Assembly (NCBI GenBank): GCA_900234795.1
Contig: LT962688.1
Coordinates: 3,780,001-3,812,000, forward strand
Source of the DNA: Methylorubrum extorquens
GTDB taxonomy: Bacteria > Pseudomonadota > Alphaproteobacteria > Rhizobiales > Beijerinckiaceae
Direction: 5' to 3'
Length of the DNA: 32,000 bases
The notes beneath the pieces are model-generated. The model did no database searches. It worked only from the letters and a program-made list of their open reading frames with translations, and was not told the DNA's origin. The translations under genes were made by a program, and so were the position numbers. This document shows positions 24,955-32,000 of this stretch, one piece after another. Numbering within the stretch: position 1 is the first letter of the stretch; every line of letters starts with the position of its first letter.

Positions 24955-27900
24955 GTGACTCACCGCAAAGACATCGCGATCGTCGGCCGCGCCTGCCGCC
25001 TGCCCGGGGCTCAAAACGTCGAGGGGCTGTGGCAGCTCCTGACGGAGGGGCGCTGCGCCGTCTCACGCATCCCCGAGGACCGCTGGTCGCTGCAGGCCTT
25101 CGGGCATCCGCGCGCGCAGGAGCGGGGCAAGAGCTACACCTGGGCTGCCGGCGTGCTCGACGACATCTGGTCGTTCGATCCGGGCGTGTTCGGCATCTCG
25201 CCGCGCGAGGCCGAGCAGATGGACCCGCAGCAGCGCATGCTGCTGGAGCTGACCTGGGAAGCCTTCGAGGATGCGGGCCTGCGCCCCTCCGCGGTGGCCG
25301 GCAGCCATATCGGCGTGTTCGTCGGCGCCTCTGCGCTCGATTACGGCAACCTGCGCATTCTCGATCCGTCCTCGGGCGACGCCTACGCGGCGACCGGCAA
25401 CACGCTCTCGATCATCTCGAACCGCATCTCCTACATCTACGACCTGAAGGGCCCGAGCTTCACCCTCGACACCGCCTGCTCGTCGTCGCTGGTGGCGCTC
25501 AACGCGGCGATCGCGGCGATTGAATCGGGGCAGGTGGACACCGCCGTGGTGGCCGGCGCCAACATCCTGGCGAGCCCGTTCAACTTCATCTCCTTCTCCA
25601 ATGCGCAGATGCTTTCGCGCACCGGCCTGTGCCAGGCCTTCTCGTCGAGCGCCGACGGCTACGTGCGCGCCGAGGGCGGCGTCGTCCTGATCCTGCAATC
25701 GGCCGAGGCCGCCGCCCGCAGCGGCCGGGCCGTGCGCGGCGTGATCGCGGCGAGCGGCGTCAACTCGGACGGGCGCACCACCGGCATCTCGCTGCCCTCC
25801 GGCCACGCGCAAGGCGCGCTGCTGGAGCAGGTCTACCGCGACGCCGAGATCGACCTCGACAAGCTCGCCTTCGTCGAGGCGCACGGCACCGGCACCCCCG
25901 TCGGCGATCCGATCGAGGCCGGGGCCATCGGGAGCAAGCTCGGCAAGCCGCGCCAGACCCCGCTGCCGATCGGCTCGATCAAGACCAATATCGGCCATAC
26001 CGAACCGACCTCGGGGCTCGCGGGCCTCTTGAAGGCCAGCCTCGCGCTCGAGCACGACCTGCTGCCGCCCTCGCTGCACGCGGCCGAGTTGAACCCCGAC
26101 ATCCCGTTCGAGGCGATGAAGCTCGCGGTCAACCGCGCGCCGCTGGCGCTTGCCCGCACCAAGGCCGAGCGCTTCGCCGGCGTGAACTCGTTCGGTTTCG
26201 GCGGCACCAACGCCCACGTTGTGCTCACCGATCCGGCGCCGGTCGCGGCCGCCAACGATGCGGGCCCCGCGCCCGAGATCCTGCTGCTCTCCGCCCAGAG
26301 CAGCGCCGCCCTGAACGATCTCGCCCTCGACTACGCCGCTCGCTTCGACGGTGCTGCGCCGGCCGAAGCCGCCCGCGTTACGGCCGCCGCGTTCCATCGC
26401 CGAGAACGCCTCGGCACGCGGCTCGCCCTGCCGCTCACCCCCGAGACCGACGTTCCCGCCACCCTGCGGGCGCTGGCCGAGGGCGAGGAGAGCGATGCCG
26501 CCATCATCGGCACGGCGGTCGAACGCCAGGCCGAGGTCGCCTTCGTCTATTCCGGCAACGGCAGTCAGTGGGTCGGCATGGGCCGCGAGGCCTATGAGGA
26601 GAGCAAGGCTTTCCGCGCGCGCTTCGATCAGACCGACAAGCTGTTCGAGAAGCTCTCGGGCTGGTCGCTCAAGGAAGCGATGTTCGCCGAGGATCTCGAC
26701 GCGCGTCTCTCTCTGACCCGGGTATCGCAGCCGCTGATCTTCGCGATCCAGAGCGCCTCGACCGCGGCCCTGCGCGCCAAGGGCCTCGCGCCCCGCTACG
26801 TGCTCGGCCACAGCGTCGGCGAGATCGCCGCGGCCGAGGCCGCCGGCATCTTGAGCCTGGAACAGGCGGTGCGGGTGATCTTCTACCGCAGCAAGCACCA
26901 GGAATCGACGCGCGGCTTCGGCACCATGGCCGTGCTGCTCGGACCGGCCGAGGAGATGGAGGCGTTCCTCGCCGACTATCCCACCCTCGACATCGCCGCC
27001 TATAACAGCCCCAAGGCGATCACGGTGGCCGGCCCCGAGGCCGATATCGAGGCCGCGATGAAGGCGCTCGCGCGCAAGCGCCGCCGCGGGCGCAAGCTCG
27101 ATCTCGAATATCCCTTCCACGGCCGCCTGATGGACCCGACCGAGCGTCCGCTGCTGCGCGACCTCGACGGGCTCAAGGCCTCGGCCGGCCACACCGCCAT
27201 GGTCTCGACCGTGACCGGCACGGTGCTCCCCGGCGCCCAGTTCGGCGCCGGCTACTGGTGGCGCAACATCCGCGAGCCGGTGCGCTTCTGCGAGGCGCTG
27301 CAGGAGGCGACCCGCCAGGGCGCCCGCGTCTTCGTCGAGGTCGGCCCGCGCGCAACCCTGCTGCCGCATATTGGCGACGCCATCGAACCGCTCGCCATCG
27401 AGGTGGCCTCGGTCGGCGTGATGCACCGCAAGCCGATCGGCGGCGATCCGATCGCCAAGGCGGTCGCCGCCGCCCTCGTCGCAGGTGCCGCCGTCGATGA
27501 GGCGCGCCTGTTCGGTGCCGATCCGGCCGGAATCATCGCCCTGCCGCTCTATCCCTGGCAGCGCCGCCCGTTCCGCCTCGCCGAGACCACCGAGGGAGCA
27601 GGCGCCGCGCCGCGGCCCTACCACCCGCTCGCCGGCGCGCGCCTCGCGCCGGACGGCCTCGAATGGCACGGCCATCTCGATGCAGCACTCGTGCCCGAAC
27701 TCGACGACCACCGCATCGACGGTCAGGTGATCCTGCCCGGCGCCGCCTTCGTCGAGATGGCGCTGCACGTCGCCCGTCAGGCGCTCCGCACGGAGAGCGT
27801 GACGCTCTCGGATGTCGAGATCCTCTCGCCGATGGTCTTCGCCGAGGACAGCTTGCGCGAGGTGCTGGTGCGCCTGTCGGGCGCCGGCAACCAGATCCAG

Positions 27901-30900
27901 ATCCTCAGCCGCCCCCGCCTGACCCCGACGCCGTGGCAGCTCCACGCCTCGGCCAAGATCATCGAGGGCGACTTCCCGGTGCCGACCCGCCGCGACCTCG
28001 CGGTCCCGGCCGAGCACGCGATTTCGGGTGACGGGCTCTACCGCCGGGCGCTCGCCTCCGGCCTCGGCTTCGGCGAGAACTTCCGGCAGGTCGCGGCCTC
28101 GGCGCGCATTGACGAGACCACCATCGTCTCCGAGCTGATCCCGGCCGAGTCCGACGACCGCTACGGCCTCGTGCCCGCGCGCCTCGATTCCTGCTTCCAC
28201 GGCCTGATCCTGCTCTTCGCCGAGCTGATGGGCGAGGGCGCCACCAAGGCCTACGTACCGGTGCGCTTCGGCGAGGTGCGCCTGCTGCGCCCCGGTGCCG
28301 CGATCGCCCGCGCCGAGATCCGCACCCGGCGCTGCAACGAGCGCTCGATCCTGGCTGATTTCACCCTGACCGATGCCGAGGGCGAGGTCGTCGCGACGAT
28401 TCGCGAGGGCCGGTTCCAGGCCCTGCGCGCCCGCAGCGGCAGCGATCTCGACGCCTACGCCATCACGCAAGGGGTCGAGCGCGCCACCGAGCCGACCGCC
28501 CTACCGTTGGAGCGGCGCCCGAGCGTGGCCGAGCGTCTGCGCCCGAGCCTCGCCGCCGCGACCGCGCCGGACACGGCCGATCTCGGACCGGGCCACCTGC
28601 TGCTGGAGGGCTGGGCGACGGCGCTCGCCTACCGCTTGGCCGACGGTCTCTCCGAGAAGGGCAAGGTGACCCTCGATCGCCGCCTGCCCGCCGCGCTGCA
28701 TCCTTGGGCGACCAACGCCCTCTACGCGCTGGAGAGCAGCGGTCTCGCGACCCTCGAGAAGGGTGTCTGGCGCCTGCGCCGCGACGTGTCCCTTCCCGCG
28801 CCCGAAGAGACCATGCGCTGGATCGCGGCCGACCATCCGGAACTGGCCGCCGAACTGGTGCTGCTCGCCGACACCACCGCCCTGGTCGGGCGGATCGTGG
28901 CGGGCGATGCGCCGGCCTCCGCCAGCCTGCCCCCGGCGGCTCTGGACGCCTTCCATCTGCGCGGCGCCACGGCCCGCGCCGCCGCCGACGTGGTGGCACG
29001 GATCGTTGCCGAGGCCCGCGGCCGCATGCCGTCGGACCGGGCGCTGCGCATCCTTCAGGTCGGGTTCGGCCCGCTCTCGGCCCGCGCCGCCGCACTCGCC
29101 CGCGAGGCGGATGCCCGGTTGACCGTGCTGGACACCGACCGGCGTCTGGCCGAGCGCGCCCGCCTCGCTCTGCCGAGCACGGTGGAGGTGATCGAGGACA
29201 TCGACGCTCTGCCGCCCGCCGCCTTCGACCTCGTTCTGGCGAGCGACGTGCTGCACCGCGCCGACAAGGCCCTGCCGGGACAGCTCGCCGCCGCGCTCGC
29301 CTCGGGCGGGTTGCTCGTGGCGGTCGAGCCCGGTGCCTCGCTGTTCCGCGATCTGGTCTTCGGCCTCGCGCCGGACTGGTTCGAGGAAGCGGTCGCCGGC
29401 ATGCCGCTCTCGCGCCTCGACGACGTGACCGGCTGGCAGCGCCGCCTCAGCGCGTCGGGCCTCGTGCGGGTTTCCGCCGACCGTGCGGCCTCGGCCAACG
29501 GCGACGACCTTCTGCTCGTCGCCGAAGCCCCGGTGCGCTCGGCGGTGGGCCACGGCCAGAGCTTCGCCTTCGTCGTCGGCTCCCATGACGAGTTCGGCGC
29601 GGAGACCGCCTCATCGCTGGCGACCCTGCTGGTGGCGAGCGGCGTCCACGTCTCGATCATCCTCGATTCCGAGCAGTCGCTGCGGGAACTCGAGCGCGAA
29701 ACCCCGGACACCGTGGTGTTCCTGGCCGGTGCCTTTGCCGGCGAGGGCGCGGCGGCGACGCGGCTGCGCGACCGCTGCCTCAGCCTGAAGCGCTGCGCCG
29801 AGTTTCTCGGCAGCCGCCAGACCCGCCTTTGGGTGGTCGCCCCCGGCGCCACCCGCGACGCGGGCGGCGAGGCGGCGGCGGTCGAGGCCGGCGTCTGGGC
29901 CTTCAGCCGGACGCTCGCCAACGAAACGGCCACCCTCGACGTGCGCCGGATCGACCTCGCGCCGACCCTGTCTTCGAAGGACGCCGCCGAGCGGCTGCGC
30001 GCCCTGATCCTGTCGGGCACCGACGAGACCGAGATCGTGCTCGATGCCGACGCCACCCGCGTCGTGCGCTTCCATCCCGGCCGCGCCGCGACCACGGCCG
30101 GCGAGGCGGCGCCCGCCGCCCGGCTGGAGCGTTCCAACACCGGCGGCCTCAACGAGATGGTCTGGGGTCCGGCCGAGCGCGCCGCCCCCGGTCCCGGCGA
30201 GGTCGAGATCGCGGTGGCGGCCACCGGCCTCAACTTCCGCGACGTACTCTGGGCGCTCTCGATGCTCCCGGAGGAAATCCTGGAGGACGGCTTTGCCGGT
30301 CCGCGCCTGGGCCTCGAAGTCTCCGGACAGGTGACCGCGATCGGCCAAGGCGTCGTGGACTTCGCCGTTGGCGATGCCGTCGTCGCCTTCGCCCAGTCGG
30401 GCTTTGCTACCCACGTCGTCGTGCCGGAAATGGTTGTCGCGCCGATGCCGGCGGGCCTCGATCCGGCCGCCGCCGCGACCGTGCCGGTCGCGTTCCTCAC
30501 CGCCTACTACGCGCTTTGCACCTGCGCCCGCCTGCGCAAGGGCGAGTGGCTGCTGGTCCATGGCGGCGCGGGCGGTGTCGGTTTGGCCGCGCTCCAGATC
30601 GCCAAGTGGAAGGGCGCACGGGTCATCGCCACCGCCGGCTCACGGGAGAAGCGTGCGCTGGTGGCCGCGCTCGGCGCCGAGCATGTGCTCGATTCGCGCT
30701 CGCTCGCCTTCGTGGACGATGTCCGCCGCATCACCGGCGACGGCGTCGACGTGGTGCTCAACTCGCTGTTCGGCGAGATGATGGAGCGCTCGCTCAACTG
30801 CCTGCGGCCGTTCGGGCGCTTCGTCGAGCTGGGCAAGCGTGACTACGTCGCCAACACCCATATCGGACTGCGGCCGTTCCGCCGGAACCTATCGTATTTC

Positions 30901-32000
30901 GGCGTCGATCTCGATCAGGTGCTTCAGCACCAGGGCGAGGACGGCGCGCGGATGTTCCGCGAGGTGATGGCTCTGTTCGCGGAAGGCGGCTTACGTCCCC
31001 TGCCCTACCAGCCGTTCGCCGCCGACGAGACCTCGGACGCCTTCCGGCTGATGCAGCAATCGGGGCATGTCGGTAAGATCGTCGTGACGCCGCCGGCGCC
31101 CGGTTCGGTCGCGCGGGTCCAGCGCAACGCCTTCACGGTGAGCGCCGAGGGCGTTCACCTCGTGACCGGCGGCCTCGGCGGCTTCGGTATCGAGGCGGCC
31201 CGCTGGCTCGCGGATCGGGGTGCCAAGCGCATCGTCCTCGTCGGCCGCTCCGGCAAGCCGAACGAGGAGGGCCGCGCGGTCGTCGCCGAACTCGCCGCGC
31301 AAGGCGTGCGGGTCGAGACCAAGGCCTGCAACATCACCAGCCGTCGGGCGGTCGAGGCGCTGATCGAGGGCATCGAGGCTCGGGGCGAAAAGCTCGCGGG
31401 CGTGATCCACGGCGCCATGGTGCTTCAGGACGGCTTGATCTCGGCGATCGAGCCGGAGACGCTCGAAGCGGTGATCGCGCCGAAGGTGATCGGCGCAGGC
31501 CATCTCGACGCCGCCACTCGCGGGCGAAAGCTCGACTACTTCGTGCTGTTCTCCTCGGCCACGACCTTCATCGGCAATCCCGGCCAGGGCTCCTATGTCG
31601 CCGCCAACGGCTTCATGGAAGGCGTCGCCCGCCAGCGCCGCCGCCTCGGCTTGCCCGCGCTCGCGGTCGCCTGGGGTGCCATCGGCGATGTCGGCGTGCT
31701 CGCCCGCAACAAGGCGGTGATGGAAACGCTGGCCTCCCGCGTCGGCGTGACGCCGATGGACGCCCGCCTCTGCCTCGACCTGATGGCCGAGGCATTGGAG
31801 ACCCAGGGCAAGACAAGCGACGAGGGCGTGATCGCCATTGCCGCCATGCACTGGGGCAAGGCGCGCGAACGCCTCGCGACCCTGCGCTCGCCGAGCTATG
31901 CCAGCCTCGGCGGCGACCAGCAGGCCGAGTCCGGCACGGTGGCGGCCATCAATATCGGCGCGCTGCTGCGGAGCCAGGATATCGACGCGGTCCGCAAGAC
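24955..32000 (+). CDS. Type I polyketide/fatty-acid-synthase-like megasynthase, 5' portion (KS-AT-DH-MT-like-psiKR-ER-KR; continues beyond the window). Start codon uncertain (GTG 24859/24889/24895/24955)
   Basis: Frame 1 is open from 24814 to the window end, and it is absent from the track because there is no stop. KS about 24970-26230 (DTACSSS Cys codon 25477, EAHGTGT, NIGHTE). AT about 26536-27400 (GHSVGE Ser codon 26812; YPFH). DH about 27620-28440 (HRIDGQVILP, His codon 27709). MT-like about 29040-29530 (ILQVGFGPL, FDLVLASDVLH, GGLLVAVE). ER about 30130-31090 (LVHGGAGGVGLAA). KR from about 31150 (LVTGGLGGFG, SYVAANGF). Confidence 0.9.
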   Translation, partial: MTHRKDIAIVGRACRLPGAQNVEGLWQLLTEGRCAVSRIPEDRWSLQAFGHPRAQERGKSYTWAAGVLDDIWSFDPGVFGISPREAEQMDPQQRMLLELTWEAFEDAGLRPSAVAGSHIGVFVGASALDYGNLRILDPSSGDAYAATGNTLSIISNRISYIYDLKGPSFTLDTACSSSLVALNAAIAAIESGQVDTAVVAGANILASPFNFISFSNAQMLSRTGLCQAFSSSADGYVRAEGGVVLILQSAEAAARSGRAVRGVIAASGVNSDGRTTGISLPSGHAQGALLEQVYRDAEIDLDKLAFVEAHGTGTPVGDPIEAGAIGSKLGKPRQTPLPIGSIKTNIGHTEPTSGLAGLLKASLALEHDLLPPSLHAAELNPDIPFEAMKLAVNRAPLALARTKAERFAGVNSFGFGGTNAHVVLTDPAPVAAANDAGPAPEILLLSAQSSAALNDLALDYAARFDGAAPAEAARVTAAAFHRRERLGTRLALPLTPETDVPATLRALAEGEESDAAIIGTAVERQAEVAFVYSGNGSQWVGMGREAYEESKAFRARFDQTDKLFEKLSGWSLKEAMFAEDLDARLSLTRVSQPLIFAIQSASTAALRAKGLAPRYVLGHSVGEIAAAEAAGILSLEQAVRVIFYRSKHQESTRGFGTMAVLLGPAEEMEAFLADYPTLDIAAYNSPKAITVAGPEADIEAAMKALARKRRRGRKLDLEYPFHGRLMDPTERPLLRDLDGLKASAGHTAMVSTVTGTVLPGAQFGAGYWWRNIREPVRFCEALQEATRQGARVFVEVGPRATLLPHIGDAIEPLAIEVASVGVMHRKPIGGDPIAKAVAAALVAGAAVDEARLFGADPAGIIALPLYPWQRRPFRLAETTEGAGAAPRPYHPLAGARLAPDGLEWHGHLDAALVPELDDHRIDGQVILPGAAFVEMALHVARQALRTESVTLSDVEILSPMVFAEDSLREVLVRLSGAGNQIQILSRPRLTPTPWQLHASAKIIEGDFPVPTRRDLAVPAEHAISGDGLYRRALASGLGFGENFRQVAASARIDETTIVSELIPAESDDRYGLVPARLDSCFHGLILLFAELMGEGATKAYVPVRFGEVRLLRPGAAIARAEIRTRRCNERSILADFTLTDAEGEVVATIREGRFQALRARSGSDLDAYAITQGVERATEPTALPLERRPSVAERLRPSLAAATAPDTADLGPGHLLLEGWATALAYRLADGLSEKGKVTLDRRLPAALHPWATNALYALESSGLATLEKGVWRLRRDVSLPAPEETMRWIAADHPELAAELVLLADTTALVGRIVAGDAPASASLPPAALDAFHLRGATARAAADVVARIVAEARGRMPSDRALRILQVGFGPLSARAAALAREADARLTVLDTDRRLAERARLALPSTVEVIEDIDALPPAAFDLVLASDVLHRADKALPGQLAAALASGGLLVAVEPGASLFRDLVFGLAPDWFEEAVAGMPLSRLDDVTGWQRRLSASGLVRVSADRAASANGDDLLLVAEAPVRSAVGHGQSFAFVVGSHDEFGAETASSLATLLVASGVHVSIILDSEQSLRELERETPDTVVFLAGAFAGEGAAATRLRDRCLSLKRCAEFLGSRQTRLWVVAPGATRDAGGEAAAVEAGVWAFSRTLANETATLDVRRIDLAPTLSSKDAAERLRALILSGTDETEIVLDADATRVVRFHPGRAATTAGEAAPAARLERSNTGGLNEMVWGPAERAAPGPGEVEIAVAATGLNFRDVLWALSMLPEEILEDGFAGPRLGLEVSGQVTAIGQGVVDFAVGDAVVAFAQSGFATHVVVPEMVVAPMPAGLDPAAAATVPVAFLTAYYALCTCARLRKGEWLLVHGGAGGVGLAALQIAKWKGARVIATAGSREKRALVAALGAEHVLDSRSLAFVDDVRRITGDGVDVVLNSLFGEMMERSLNCLRPFGRFVELGKRDYVANTHIGLRPFRRNLSYFGVDLDQVLQHQGEDGARMFREVMALFAEGGLRPLPYQPFAADETSDAFRLMQQSGHVGKIVVTPPAPGSVARVQRNAFTVSAEGVHLVTGGLGGFGIEAARWLADRGAKRIVLVGRSGKPNEEGRAVVAELAAQGVRVETKACNITSRRAVEALIEGIEARGEKLAGVIHGAMVLQDGLISAIEPETLEAVIAPKVIGAGHLDAATRGRKLDYFVLFSSATTFIGNPGQGSYVAANGFMEGVARQRRRLGLPALAVAWGAIGDVGVLARNKAVMETLASRVGVTPMDARLCLDLMAEALETQGKTSDEGVIAIAAMHWGKARERLATLRSPSYASLGGDQQAESGTVAAINIGALLRSQDIDAVRK

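Noticed and set aside
25063-31851. Series of long minus-strand ORFs (25063..28470, 28501..29586, 29611..30561, 30991..31851) and many plus-strand ORFs in frames 0 and 2
   Set aside because: All overlap the single frame-1 PKS reading frame, whose KS, AT, DH, ER and KR motifs are unmistakable. The track omits the real ORF only because it has no stop in the window.

Overview
GC-rich bacterial chromosomal DNA (third codon positions are almost all G/C). The protein and tRNA sequences suggest an alphaproteobacterium, but that is only an inference. The window has three blocks.

(1) 1-5.8 kb is a copper-handling cluster. It holds the tail of a membrane protein, a small secreted protein, and two secreted DUF305 paralogs flanking a cytosolic Cys-rich four-helix-bundle (DUF326/Csp-like) protein. 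It also holds a Cu(I) P1B-type ATPase (copA) that is broken by two single-G expansions in G-runs, followed by an ABC-exporter membrane domain with no ATPase domain.

(2) About 5.9-19.4 kb is accessory, mobile-element-like DNA ending at the 3' side of tRNA-Val(GAC). It contains a mobilization module (MobA/VirD2-type relaxase, RHH accessory protein, small membrane protein) and an ArdC antirestriction gene. It also has two tightly packed plus-strand operons of orphan small proteins (7 and 9 genes), several HTH/wHTH proteins, a candidate oriT intergenic region and several apparent frame disruptions. I saw no integrase, T4SS, T4CP, transposase or CRISPR array.

(3) 19.8-32 kb is a surface-polysaccharide/lipid locus. 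It comprises an orphan 348-aa protein, a double-GT2 glycosyltransferase, UDP-glucose 6-dehydrogenase and the first ~2,350 codons of an FAS-like type I PKS (KS-AT-DH-MT-like-ER-KR) that runs off the window. The PKS is absent from the ORF track because it has no stop in the window.

The best candidates for something undescribed are the nine-gene translationally coupled orphan cassette next to ardC and the putative oriT, and the seven-gene orphan operon containing an HTH paralog pair. Also notable is a recurring 'one extra G in a plus-strand G-run' signature in copA (twice) and in the T-loop of the tRNA. The many long antisense ORFs in the track are GC-driven shadow ORFs.
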